64,000 nt of DNA from a virus. Below the pieces are notes generated by a model. That model was not told where the DNA came from. It did no database searches and saw nothing but the letters and a program-made list of their open reading frames with translations. Positions 1-8,614 of the stretch are shown here, piece by piece. The first letter of the stretch is position 1. Every line of letters starts with the position of its first letter. Both the position numbers and the translations under genes were made by a program. The DNA lies in IMG/VR virus record IMGVR_UViG_3300045988_069682, positions 4,222-68,221 of that record. One strand, written 5' to 3'.

Positions 1-184
1 ACAGCAAGTCAATAAGCGCCATGTTAGCAGTTGTATCGAATTCTCTTGGGCCATCGTCAGGGGTTAACCGTAAGCCGTCATTAGCAAATCTATAAGTCAC
101 TCCGTTAAAACCTTTAATCTTAAATTCTTCGCCCAGCTCAACGCCAAGCATTTTACAAATTTCTGGGATTAGATTTTTGCTCAT
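1..184 (-). CDS. hypothetical protein, N-terminal part (ORF runs off the left edge)
   Basis: ATG at 184 with GGAGGA about 7 nt upstream. The frame MSKNLIPEICKMLGVELGEEFKIKGF... stays open to base 1. It is absent from the ORF track because it is truncated. Confidence 0.45.
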   Translation of the reverse strand, partial: MSKNLIPEICKMLGVELGEEFKIKGFNGVTYRFANDGLRLTPDDGPREFDTTANMALIDLL

Positions 185-323
185 CTTCTTTCCTCCATTT
201 CTTTTCGCAGTGTTCGTCGTAAACCCCAAAACCTATATATACTAAAAACGCCATAAACATCGTAAGGCTGATAATGGCGAAAAATTCTTCGTCAGTGCCA
301 GCGGTCAATAATAACTCTGCCAT
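153..323 (-). CDS. small membrane protein
   Basis: Internal ATG (MAELLLTAG...) with an AAAGGAG RBS inside ORF 153..374. Hydrophobic segment FFAIISLTMFMAFLVYIGFGV. Confidence 0.5.
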   Translation of the reverse strand: MAELLLTAGTDEEFFAIISLTMFMAFLVYIGFGVYDEHCEKKWRKEDEQKSNPRNL

Positions 324-327
324 GTTA

Positions 328-564
328 TCACTCCTTTTCTTTGTTGATTCTTTCGGCGAACTCGTCCATTGCATCTAAGGCAGTAAGCCATTTATCATAT
401 TCTTGCGGTAATGTTCCTTCAAAACTCTTGCCCTCGTAATCAATACCGCCAACCACGATAAGATAAGTTTTTTTGTGCGTTTGGGGTTCTTCGTAATCTT
501 CCGTGATTAATGACCGAATACACCTGCTGTCAATCCACCTATTAGCGCAAATTTTTACAAGCAT
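328..564 (-). CDS. hypothetical protein
   Basis: 78-aa ORF tightly packed in the same-strand operon. Its start abuts the stop of the upstream gene. Confidence 0.55.
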   Translation of the reverse strand: MLVKICANRWIDSRCIRSLITEDYEEPQTHKKTYLIVVGGIDYEGKSFEGTLPQEYDKWLTALDAMDEFAERINKEKE

Positions 565-929
565 TACTTCCGCTCCTTTACAGCTTCGCTCACCTTTAAA
601 ATTTTCTCAATCAGCTTATCCACAGCCTTGTCTGCAAATTCGCCTGTAGCTTTGATGTTGGCAGGTGTTATATGTTCCGCAGCATACATAGCGTATATTT
701 CCTTTTCTGTTGGGAGAAATGCCCCCAAAATATCTAAAATTAAAGCAATGCAAACAATTATTTTAGCTGCCTTAGCTGTTTCTTTATCCTTAACATCTGT
801 CACAGACGCTATTGTAACCATCACGGCATATATAGTTACAAAAAGACCTACTATGCAGCAAATCCCTTGTATCATGTCTATTCTTCCCGCCCAGTAAATT
901 AACCAAGGCGAAATAATTGGTTCGTTCAT
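564..929 (-). CDS. membrane protein (2-3 TM)
   Basis: 121-aa ORF with hydrophobic segments ICCIVGLFVTIYAVMVTIASV and IIVCIALILDILGAFL. GGAGGAAG RBS upstream. Confidence 0.6.
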   Translation of the reverse strand: MNEPIISPWLIYWAGRIDMIQGICCIVGLFVTIYAVMVTIASVTDVKDKETAKAAKIIVCIALILDILGAFLPTEKEIYAMYAAEHITPANIKATGEFADKAVDKLIEKILKVSEAVKERK

Positions 930-941
930 TACTCTTCCTCC

Positions 942-1409
942 TTAATGTTTACAGAAAAATGTCCAGCGCGTCTTACCTGTCCTGTCACCAGCAATAGGCT
1001 TATATGGCAATGCGCAACGTAAGACTGCACGATGCGGAATATCTTCCTCGTTCCACTTAAACAACAACATTCCACCCGGCTTTAATACTCTAAAGCATTC
1101 AGCAAAAGCCTTATTCATCCATTCTTCCCACAATAACGGCAGATGTCCGTACTTCTGAGCAAGCCAGCTTTTCTCTCCGACTTGCACTAGATGCGGCGGG
1201 TCAAAAATCACACAGCAAAAAATGTTGTCCTCGATTCCTTTCATGTCGGTTACGTCTATTAATCTGTCTGGCTGGATATGTAGTTCTCGTCCGTCGCAAA
1301 GCTTTGTATGCAGCTCTCGTATGTCACAAAACATAACAGCATCACTATATTTGTCGTAGTAGAACATTTTGCTGCCACAGCACGGGTCTAAGATAATCGG
1401 TTCATTCAT
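942..1409 (-). CDS. small SAM-dependent DNA methyltransferase (DPPH motif; N6-A/N4-C type)
   Basis: Motif I-like ILDPCCGS followed by the catalytic VIFDPPH. The ATG overlaps the upstream stop (TAATG). Confidence 0.6.
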   Translation of the reverse strand: MNEPIILDPCCGSKMFYYDKYSDAVMFCDIRELHTKLCDGRELHIQPDRLIDVTDMKGIEDNIFCCVIFDPPHLVQVGEKSWLAQKYGHLPLLWEEWMNKAFAECFRVLKPGGMLLFKWNEEDIPHRAVLRCALPYKPIAGDRTGKTRWTFFCKH

Positions 1410-1756
1410 TACTTCCACCCCACAATCTTTCTACCACACCAGCAGCAGTACGACTGTTCAAAATTCTCGAACATGTTGCCGCACTTTTCGCAGCGATAAA
1501 TCGGCACTCCCTCTTCGAGGCATCCGACATGCACCGCTACCGTTGTACGGTCAAGCTCATGCTTTAAGGCGGTTAATGTAACCTTTTGTTTTTTTATTCC
1601 GGCGATAATAAGTTTTGTCGCCTTAGGCGTAAAGCAACCAAGTTGAAGACGATGCTTAGCCCATGAGATTTCGCCTTTAATCTCCCAAATTTTTTTGCGT
1701 AACATCTTTTCACGTTTTGGCAGGCTATCCCACCATTTCTTGCGTTCTGGAGTCAT
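1409..1756 (-). CDS. zinc-ribbon protein
   Basis: C-terminal CEKCGN...CCWCGRK four-Cys ribbon. Operon position supports it. Confidence 0.6.
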   Translation of the reverse strand: MTPERKKWWDSLPKREKMLRKKIWEIKGEISWAKHRLQLGCFTPKATKLIIAGIKKQKVTLTALKHELDRTTVAVHVGCLEEGVPIYRCEKCGNMFENFEQSYCCWCGRKIVGWK

Positions 1757-1759
1757 TGG

Positions 1760-2020
1760 CTATTCCTCCTTAATCTTAAAACCTTGCGCTGCATTGAGTT
1801 TTTTCGCAAGCCCATCTCTTACTTTCGCAGCTTCTCTGTAAGTTTTACAACTCCGGCAAAACGCGGAATCCTCTCGGTTGCCTTTTTCATAACCAACGTA
1901 AACATCGAACGACGCATTTGGGCTTGCCTCTTTAAGATTTGGTGCGTAGATAAAAGGGATAACGTATATTCTGGTAATGCGTTCCGAGTTTATCCATTGC
2001 TTGCCTATTTTAATCAGCAT
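1760..2020 (-). CDS. hypothetical protein
   Basis: ORF 1760..2050. I prefer the ATG at 2020 (MLIKIGKQW...), which has an AAAGGTGGAG RBS. Confidence 0.5.
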   Translation of the reverse strand: MLIKIGKQWINSERITRIYVIPFIYAPNLKEASPNASFDVYVGYEKGNREDSAFCRSCKTYREAAKVRDGLAKKLNAAQGFKIKEE

Positions 2021-2420
2021 CTTGCTCCACCTTTCTAATCGCTCTGCCACAATACGGACAAAACCCGTATTTATCAGCCTCTTTCATAACATTGCCGCAC
2101 TCTGAGCATCTATGCCACTCTTGCCCCGCTTCATCGGTTTTCAGCCATTCCATAACGGTTTTAAAGTCGTCTACCTTGAGTTCTGACTTTTTAAACTCCA
2201 GGTTCTGAACGCTCATCGTATATTCGTTATTGTCCCAGCAACCCGCCTTTTCTTTGATAACAATTGCAATGCTGTCTTGATGGCGGCGAATATAATGCTT
2301 TCTCTCGTACGCTGACTGTACAAGTTTTTCTTGTACTTCACGCAAAAACTCATAGCCTTTGTAGTTTTCCGGCTTAATCACCAAGTCAAAACTGACTTCA
2401 AAATGAATCACGTTTTTCAT
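2010..2420 (-). CDS. zinc-ribbon protein
   Basis: Start MKNVIHF with an AAGGAGGAG RBS and an ATGA overlap with the upstream gene. C-terminal CSECGN...CPYCGR. Confidence 0.6.
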   Translation of the reverse strand: MKNVIHFEVSFDLVIKPENYKGYEFLREVQEKLVQSAYERKHYIRRHQDSIAIVIKEKAGCWDNNEYTMSVQNLEFKKSELKVDDFKTVMEWLKTDEAGQEWHRCSECGNVMKEADKYGFCPYCGRAIRKVEQDAD

Positions 2421-2662
2421 TGAACCTTCTCCTCCTTTACAACCACGATAATGTAATTCGCCACACGCACTCTTCTGCCGCCTAGACTGAGCTTCAACCA
2501 GCGGCGGTAGCACAATCCCATGGAATTGATTTTATAACCTTCATTCATCAGAAAGCGCAGTCTTTTGATTGGCGTGCGTCCCAACATATAGCTGCGGCGC
2601 GCCACTCCTGCGCAGCGACGACTCATTCGCCACTCTTTGCGGTTCTTTAGTAGCTCGTTCAT
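2417..2662 (-). CDS. basic (Arg-rich) hypothetical protein
   Basis: Start MNELLKNRKEW overlaps the upstream stop (TGATG). 81 aa. Confidence 0.5.
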   Translation of the reverse strand: MNELLKNRKEWRMSRRCAGVARRSYMLGRTPIKRLRFLMNEGYKINSMGLCYRRWLKLSLGGRRVRVANYIIVVVKEEKVQ

Positions 2663-2835
2663 CACTCTTTCACCTTTCTTTCCCACGCCTGTTCGACGTT
2701 TTCCAACAGCTCTACTTTGGTTTCACGCCCGCATTTTGTGCAGCTAATAGCTGCATATGTCAAATAGTCAGCACCACCATAGCAGTGATGATATTTATAA
2801 AGTTTTGGCATCGCGCCACATTTACATTTTTTCAT
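2662..2835 (-). CDS. Lar-like restriction-alleviation / zinc-ribbon protein
   Basis: MKKCKCGAMP...SCTKCGRE...EQAW matches the CxCG...CxxCG...W pattern of Lar-family proteins. ATGA-coupled start. Confidence 0.4.
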   Translation of the reverse strand: MKKCKCGAMPKLYKYHHCYGGADYLTYAAISCTKCGRETKVELLENVEQAWERKVKE

Positions 2836-2945
2836 CGTTCGCACCACTCCTTAATCCACGCTTGCATTTCAATATTGAACCATCTGTATGCCTTCTTTAA
2901 GCGATGCAGATAGTATTTCAACTTCTGTCTTTCGCGGTTATTCAT
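2832..2945 (-). CDS. 37-aa hypothetical peptide
   Basis: MNNRERQKLKYYLHRLKKAYRWFNIEMQAWIKEWCER. ATGA-coupled at both ends. This is the C-terminal part of track ORF 2832..3041. Confidence 0.4.
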   Translation of the reverse strand: MNNRERQKLKYYLHRLKKAYRWFNIEMQAWIKEWCER

Positions 2946-3070
2946 ATCCCGAGCCACCTCCACAGTATCACCAGCGCAGCTATGCCTATCACAACAGGTA
3001 TGCCAGCAATAAGGATAATCATAATAATTCCAACCATGCAATTGAGGACTTGGAAAATCAGTTTAGTCAT
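2942..3070 (-). CDS. 42-aa hydrophobic membrane peptide (not in ORF track)
   Basis: MTKLIFQVLNCMVGIIMIILIAGIPVVIGIAALVILWRWLGI. Its ATG overlaps the upstream TGA and its stop overlaps the next ATG. Confidence 0.45.
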   Translation of the reverse strand: MTKLIFQVLNCMVGIIMIILIAGIPVVIGIAALVILWRWLGI

Positions 3071-3348
3071 CATTCTTCCTCCCAAAACTTCACACCGTTT
3101 CTGGCCTTTTCGACCAGTTCTTTATGTCTTGCCTTTGCCTCTTCTGCCCAGTAATATCGTTCGCAGTAAAGGTCAATCCAATTTACACGGCCATTTTCAT
3201 CAATACCGAAAAGCATTGTTTCAAATGGTGCAATCGAAAGCAGCATATTGGTAATTTCGTCGCTTATTGGCAAGGCGACTGTTGACAAGATATACTCCTT
3301 GCCGTCTATAGCGAACCTGTCTTTGAGATTTAAGCGTTCCTCAGTCAT
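3070..3348 (-). CDS. hypothetical protein
   Basis: 92-aa ORF with a start overlapping the upstream gene's end. Confidence 0.6.
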   Translation of the reverse strand: MTEERLNLKDRFAIDGKEYILSTVALPISDEITNMLLSIAPFETMLFGIDENGRVNWIDLYCERYYWAEEAKARHKELVEKARNGVKFWEEE

Positions 3349-3566
3349 TGTTCTTCATTCTTTCTCTCAGCCTTATAAATGTCAACCGCTGTTGTGAGCG
3401 GCAGTATAGTCACCGGAAACATGAACCTCAAAGTTTCCACCGCTACCAGCCAGCGTCCATGCTGTCTAAAGATTTCTCCTGTGTACTGTCCTTTGATTTT
3501 CAGAATGTCGTCAGTGTAAATCATGTCACCATGAATATCTCTAACACCAGTAGCCGTTCTTTCCAT
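3345..3566 (-). CDS. hypothetical protein
   Basis: ATG at 3566 (MERTATGVRDIHGDMIYTDDIL...) with an AGGGAGGT RBS. The motif is weakly YopX-like. Confidence 0.5.
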   Translation of the reverse strand: MERTATGVRDIHGDMIYTDDILKIKGQYTGEIFRQHGRWLVAVETLRFMFPVTILPLTTAVDIYKAERKNEEQ

Positions 3567-3612
3567 GTTTACCTCCCTGTTTTTTCTCTCTATTTCATCC
3601 GCTTTTCCAATT

Positions 3613-3921
3613 TTAATAAATTTTATTAAAATCATTTTTGCGGTTTTTGTCGTAGTAACCGTTGTCTCTGCCGAGCATCGTCGCTCCGCAGCATCCGCAC
3701 CTTAGAACGTACAAATTTCCACGCTTTTCGTGTACCGTGTAAGCCTGTACCAGCTTTTTGATTTCGTTGCCGCACTTGCAGCAGTACGGTCTGTTTTTGC
3801 TATCAAACATCACGTTCTCGATTTCCACTTCGCTCACTCCTTGAATTGTATATGCTGCTCTCGCGAACGGAATGTGGGCTAGATTCGCTTCTAGGTGTAT
3901 CACTGGTAACTTTATACCCAT
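3613..3921 (-). CDS. zinc-ribbon protein
   Basis: CCKCGN...RCGCCGAT Cys cluster. 102 aa. Confidence 0.55.
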   Translation of the reverse strand: MGIKLPVIHLEANLAHIPFARAAYTIQGVSEVEIENVMFDSKNRPYCCKCGNEIKKLVQAYTVHEKRGNLYVLRCGCCGATMLGRDNGYYDKNRKNDFNKIY

Positions 3922-3939
3922 CGCTCCCTAAAATTGAAT

Positions 3940-4539
3940 CTAGTGGCATTTCCGTCGCCAGGAGAGCAAATTGTGCATAATGTCGTTTGCACTTGTCAGC
4001 TCGCCGCTACGGTTCTCGATTTTTTCCTTGGGAACCCCGATGATTCCGGCAGGATTTCTGCCCAGCGCGTAGTCACTCTTGGCTTTGGACTTGCTACGCC
4101 TACAAGCGTCCTCGTAAAATCTGCGCATCTGCGCCCTGACCGTCGGCATATCTTCTGCCAGCGAACACTGGAGCGGCAGCCAGCCGAAGCTGTTGACTGC
4201 TTGTGCAATCTCCGGCGTACTAAACTGCGGAGTTTTACCCCACGGTGTCGCCTGCATTGCGCGCTCAATCTCACCCCAAGCCTCGTTCCAAGGCTTCATG
4301 CGTAGTTCTTCGTTCGTCTCGCCAATAATTTCGGCGGCCGCATCGGCGATTTCTGCAATCGTCGGCAGGAAGCGAGCCTCAGCTACCAACTTCTTGCAAG
4401 TTTTCTCAAGAACGACGGCAGGAATCGTCTCTGTGAACTCCATGTAAATCTTCATGCGCTTAACTTCTCCTGCCTGTCCGAAAGCTCCGAACAGAACAGC
4501 TAAGGTCTTTGCTCGTAGCTCTGCATTATCCATTGCCAT
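3940..4539 (-). CDS. replication accessory protein (G39P-like helicase-loader family?)
   Basis: Lies directly downstream of the replisome organiser. LFGAFGQ...VLEKTCKKLVAEARFLPTIAEIADAA resembles the loader/inhibitor-of-G40P pattern. Confidence 0.4.
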   Translation of the reverse strand: MAMDNAELRAKTLAVLFGAFGQAGEVKRMKIYMEFTETIPAVVLEKTCKKLVAEARFLPTIAEIADAAAEIIGETNEELRMKPWNEAWGEIERAMQATPWGKTPQFSTPEIAQAVNSFGWLPLQCSLAEDMPTVRAQMRRFYEDACRRSKSKAKSDYALGRNPAGIIGVPKEKIENRSGELTSANDIMHNLLSWRRKCH

Positions 4540-5329
4540 CCCCTCCGAACGCCGCCATCATCTCGTTGTATGCGCCCTCCACATCGTTTTTCTCTTTGCG
4601 AGGGCTACTGCTCGGTTTTGATTGTTTCGTTTCGCCCCTAGCGATGCCACGAGCCGCCGCTTGCACGTAGTTAAAGTTTCTCACGCCGTTGAGCACCGCA
4701 GACTCAATCGCTTGACACACGGGCAACTCTCCGACTTCCTCGACAAGCGCTTGCAACTTCTCAGACAAAATCGCTGTCATCGGGCAGATATTTGAGTTCC
4801 AGAGAGCGAAGGGATTTGGAACACCCGGAGCAGTGGCAGCTTTATCTAACTCTTGCTCTTTCTCTATCTCTATCTCTTCTCTTACTCTTACTCTATCTCT
4901 ACGTAACGCAGGTGTAACAACATCGTAACCATCGTGTAACAATGTTACGCTTTCGTCTGCTTTTTTACGGTTTCGCATCTCCCGCATACGGCTTGCTGCC
5001 GCGGTTTCAGAGCCTATCGCCTCTGCTGCTTTCGGCAAGGTAATTTCGCTTTCTAGGTCAGTTCCAATCAGTAACCCGTGCTTTTGCAGAAAGGCTACTG
5101 TGACAGCCACGTTCTCTTCGTCTTCGTCAATGTCTAAGGCCAAGTTCTCCACGAACTCGCTTTCCGAACAGTCATATGCGATTCGCCCCTCGCTTTTGAG
5201 CGAGAGCAGCATCATCTTGAGATAAATCACAGTATATGTATCGCCACCAGCAATCTTGCGCAGCTTTTTTATTTCAATTTGACGAAAGAAATCCTCTTGC
5301 AGTTTAAGCCACCAGTATCTTTTACCCAA
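4526..5329 (-). CDS. phage replisome organiser (N-terminal domain) with DnaD-like C-terminal domain
   Basis: N-terminus MGKRYWWLKLQEDFFRQIEIKKLRKIAGGDTYTVIYLKMMLLSL is typical of phage_rep_org_N. The C-terminus NFNYVQAAARGIARGE is DnaD/DnaB_2-like. Confidence 0.75.
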   Translation of the reverse strand: MGKRYWWLKLQEDFFRQIEIKKLRKIAGGDTYTVIYLKMMLLSLKSEGRIAYDCSESEFVENLALDIDEDEENVAVTVAFLQKHGLLIGTDLESEITLPKAAEAIGSETAAASRMREMRNRKKADESVTLLHDGYDVVTPALRRDRVRVREEIEIEKEQELDKAATAPGVPNPFALWNSNICPMTAILSEKLQALVEEVGELPVCQAIESAVLNGVRNFNYVQAAARGIARGETKQSKPSSSPRKEKNDVEGAYNEMMAAFGGDGNG

Positions 5330-5345
5330 AACAGCCGCCTCCTTA

Positions 5346-5693
5346 TTATTGTTTATTCTCTGTCTCCTTAGAACAGATGTTATCTCCTATGAAGGTTGCT
5401 CCGTTAAGGTAAGCAGTCTTCCCGTGAGTCTCTGCCAACTCGTTAGTCAGAAGAAACGTCAGTACCTCCGCTACCATGTTCGTCGACTCGTCGAGGTCTA
5501 AGGAGAGGTATTCAACAAACTCTTCCCGCTTGCAGTCGTATTTGAGATAACCATCATTCTTGCCCGCCAAGAGCATCATTTTGATGTAAATAACGAGATA
5601 TTTATCTCCATAAGGGAGTCTCAACATTTTTTTGACTTTAAGCTGTTTAAAGAAGTCAGGGTGCAACACGAGATGCATTTTTTCGTCTTTCAT
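5346..5693 (-). CDS. second, short replisome-organiser N-terminal-domain protein
   Basis: HLVLHPDFFKQLKVKKMLRLPYGDKYLVIYIKMMLLAGKNDGYLKY is paralogous to the N-terminus of the downstream gene. Confidence 0.7.
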   Translation of the reverse strand: MKDEKMHLVLHPDFFKQLKVKKMLRLPYGDKYLVIYIKMMLLAGKNDGYLKYDCKREEFVEYLSLDLDESTNMVAEVLTFLLTNELAETHGKTAYLNGATFIGDNICSKETENKQ

Positions 5694-5696
5694 GTT

Positions 5697-5963
5697 TTAT
5701 ACCTCCATTCGTTTTGCTAATGTTTTACTCATGATGCTTTCGTAGTCCATGCCAATTTCTTGCATGAGTTTCAAAAGTTCGGCAGCTCTTTTATGGTCAC
5801 GCATTACATCAATCGCAGCCGACAGAACATCAAAAACTTTCTCGGCTTCGTCTTCTGTGATTCTGCCATCACCTTTAGCGTCAAGTACGGCAGCGCCGCA
5901 GACAGTAATAATTTCACCCCATGTAAGTTTGGGAGTTTCGTTGTAAGTTGTGTCAATAATCAT
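5697..5963 (-). CDS. hypothetical protein
   Basis: ATG at 5963 (MIIDTTYNE...) with an AGGAGGA RBS. 88 aa. Confidence 0.55.
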   Translation of the reverse strand: MIIDTTYNETPKLTWGEIITVCGAAVLDAKGDGRITEDEAEKVFDVLSAAIDVMRDHKRAAELLKLMQEIGMDYESIMSKTLAKRMEV

Positions 5964-6079
5964 TCGTATCCTCCTAAATCTATATCTGAATCCGAGCGAG
6001 CTTGCAGCTAAGCCCAAGGAGCGGCTGACGGATAGTCGGAGCTTTCAGTTTGCCCGCTCAGACCAGAGTTATAAAAGGC

Positions 6080-6940
6080 TTATTCGCCTTCTACAGCGGC
6101 TTCAATGTCCTCAGCGGTAAATTCGTTGTCTTGAAGAATTTCGCCGCTCTCAGTATCGACTACGCGCGTCTCAGAGGCATCCTCGGTCTCAATGGTTTCG
6201 ACGCTGTTGTCTTTGGAAAGGTCTAAAGGCTTCTCGTGAGCGTCCACGTCCTCTGCCATTGCTTTCTGCATTTCGATAGACATTGGCCCCCAATGACGCA
6301 GTGTATACGCCAAGACGGTTTTCATTGCCATGGCATCGAAGTCACTCTGCCAAGGGCTAGAAGAAGAATTATAGCTCTTACTGAATCTCTTAGCGTGTTT
6401 GATAACAGCATCCTTAGTCCAATAAACAACCTTACGGAAGCCGTTCAGCAGTTCAAAGGAAGCACAGTAGCCGATAGCAGTGTCGCTTTCCTGCTCGCCA
6501 TAGGTCAATTCCTCGGTGAATTTGTTCCACTTAACAACTTCGCCCTCATAGACGGTGTTTACGTTAATGGATTTATAGAGTCCGCTACGTTGAGCCAGTT
6601 CGACATATCCGAGATAGCCAATCTGGAACTGTGCAACGCCCTTGTAGGGCACAATCCAAGCTCTGCCGAGGGACGGCAGGATTGGCAAGTCGAGGCTTGC
6701 TGCAATGGATGCTGCGCTCAGCACGGTGCGCATATCTACGTTTTGCAGCAATTTATTCTGAGATACTACGGTAAGCACGGAACTGATGAAGCCAGCCGAC
6801 TTCTTGCCGAGCATACGTTGGAATCTGGCTTGTACGCTGTCCTGCTTGAACATTGCATCCAAGAGAGCTACGCCAGCCTTGGGAGCTGACTGTACAGCTT
6901 GCTCTTTTTGTTTTGTGATTAAACCTTTTGCGCTAACCAT
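6080..6940 (-). CDS. recT: RecT-family single-strand annealing recombinase
   Basis: SVLSAASIAASLDLPI...GRAWIVPYKG...QFQIGYLGYVELAQRSG pattern. Paired with the upstream exonuclease. Confidence 0.8.
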   Translation of the reverse strand: MVSAKGLITKQKEQAVQSAPKAGVALLDAMFKQDSVQARFQRMLGKKSAGFISSVLTVVSQNKLLQNVDMRTVLSAASIAASLDLPILPSLGRAWIVPYKGVAQFQIGYLGYVELAQRSGLYKSINVNTVYEGEVVKWNKFTEELTYGEQESDTAIGYCASFELLNGFRKVVYWTKDAVIKHAKRFSKSYNSSSSPWQSDFDAMAMKTVLAYTLRHWGPMSIEMQKAMAEDVDAHEKPLDLSKDNSVETIETEDASETRVVDTESGEILQDNEFTAEDIEAAVEGE

Positions 6941-7947
6941 TATACTTCGTCCTCCACTTCTTTAGCTCTACGTTTTTTTGCTTCTCTTGTAAGATTGACC
7001 TTCAACATACGGTATTGGGTCTGCCGACGGTACTTCTGAGACAGTTCGGGATAATCTTCTGCGAAAGCCTTGTTGTCCCATACAGCACGGTTATAGATGC
7101 CGTAGCTGACAAGGTAGTCACCACATTCGCCCTTCTCTGAATTGCCAAGCTCCAAGCGAAGTTTGTTTTTCTTTTCGTCGATGACCTTTTTGATTTCGGT
7201 AATCTGGGCTTCAAGCTCTTTAATCTGCTCGCATTGCTTCTCCCACTCGCCGCTCATCGGCATAACCTCTTTATCCCCGCCCGGATACATTTTCTCGATA
7301 GCCTTGGTACAGCTATCGGTATAATCTACATCTGGAATTTTATGAGGGACAACGTAGTTTTCCCAAAAGTCCTTCTCCGCTTCGATAAGGGCGTTGATTT
7401 CATCGTCATCACGCTCAAACTCACGGATAACAGCTCGTTGACCGCCGCAAAGGCAGACAAAGTAGCATTTATCGTAGTTTCCTACCGCCATATAGTGCAA
7501 TGCTTGCACCAGATAGGAAGGTGGCACTTTATCGTCAGCCCATTCGTCGTAGTTGTAACCCGCCGTGGTCTTAATCTCCACGATAGAGTTCTCGCCTACA
7601 ACCAAACGGTCAACGTCAGCAATCATAAATGGGTGCTCGTCACTGCGAACCATGCCACAGCGACGGAGTTTCTTGCCTGTCTTGTCTTGAAACCATTGAG
7701 CCAACGGTTCTTCCAAGCGGGTTCCCCACTCCATGCGTTCTTTGACTTCATCCGAGAGGTTAATCTCAGATGCTACGGTCTGGCTAGTTTTCTCTTGCCA
7801 AAGCTGAAACTTTGACTTGTAGGTATTAACACCAACAATAATACCAGCATCGCTACCACCAATGCCTGTGGTGCGCAGCTCTAACCACTTCTCTCTGCCG
7901 CCTTCTGCCTGTATCTCGGCTGCGGTCATCAGCATCGTTGTGCTCAC
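6940..7947 (-). CDS. YqaJ/lambda-Exo-like viral recombinase exonuclease
   Basis: WLELRTTGIGGSDAGIIVG...MEWGTRLEEP...DVDRLV...EIKTT PD-(D/E)xK signature. Its stop overlaps the recT start. Confidence 0.85.
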   Translation of the reverse strand: MSTTMLMTAAEIQAEGGREKWLELRTTGIGGSDAGIIVGVNTYKSKFQLWQEKTSQTVASEINLSDEVKERMEWGTRLEEPLAQWFQDKTGKKLRRCGMVRSDEHPFMIADVDRLVVGENSIVEIKTTAGYNYDEWADDKVPPSYLVQALHYMAVGNYDKCYFVCLCGGQRAVIREFERDDDEINALIEAEKDFWENYVVPHKIPDVDYTDSCTKAIEKMYPGGDKEVMPMSGEWEKQCEQIKELEAQITEIKKVIDEKKNKLRLELGNSEKGECGDYLVSYGIYNRAVWDNKAFAEDYPELSQKYRRQTQYRMLKVNLTREAKKRRAKEVEDEV

Positions 7948-8210
7948 TCTTTATCCTCCTTTACGTCTTTTCGACGATACAGTTTTTCGCCCTTGATGTT
8001 ATCTTGGTAGGTCTTAAAGCCTTGGTCTACGGCCTTTTGGATAATCTCTTGAGCAGCTTCGACAGGCATCCCAGAGTCCTCAAAAAGACCTGTCAGAGAG
8101 TTAACTAAGACAGTCAAGGCTATGAGGCTATCAACCATGTTACTGTTTTTGCTAACAGCAACGGCATAAGCGTTATCGTTGCTGTATACTGCAAGCAACG
8201 GTTCTTTCAT
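7944..8210 (-). CDS. hypothetical protein
   Basis: 88-aa ORF with overlap-coupled ends. Confidence 0.55.
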   Translation of the reverse strand: MKEPLLAVYSNDNAYAVAVSKNSNMVDSLIALTVLVNSLTGLFEDSGMPVEAAQEIIQKAVDQGFKTYQDNIKGEKLYRRKDVKEDKE

Positions 8211-8614
8211 CAGTCTTCACCTCTTTCTTGCTCACGTAATTCTCTAACCAACTCTTTCAGCGCCTTAGCCCACTTATCAGGGATGGCCTCGTCATTTCCG
8301 ATTGCAATGACCGCAATGCCTTCGTCTTTAGACTTCTCGGTTTCGTGTTCATGGTTCATCATCCTTGCGAACCCCTTGTCATATTTCGCAGTTGCAAACG
8401 CTGCATCGAGCAGTCCCCAAGTTGCATCGTTAGCATCTTCGGAATCAAGCCCATTCTCCATAAGACTTTGCTTCATTCCTTGTGCTACTGTGAATACGAG
8501 GCCAGCAAAGACTTTCGCCAAATCCTCGTTTCCTGCTTCCACATTAACCTTAAATTCCAGATGCTTGCCGTCAACAAGAGCGGCATGGATGACTAATTCG
8601 TTAGTTTCTTTCAT
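8210..8614 (-). CDS. acidic hypothetical protein
   Basis: 134-aa ORF, D/E-rich, with an AAGGAGGAAC RBS. Confidence 0.6.
   Translation of the reverse strand: MKETNELVIHAALVDGKHLEFKVNVEAGNEDLAKVFAGLVFTVAQGMKQSLMENGLDSEDANDATWGLLDAAFATAKYDKGFARMMNHEHETEKSKDEGIAVIAIGNDEAIPDKWAKALKELVRELREQERGED

Noticed and set aside
2832-3041. 69-aa track ORF
   Set aside because: It is replaced by two ATGA-coupled peptides (2942-3070 and 2832-2945) that fit the coupling pattern of the neighbouring genes.
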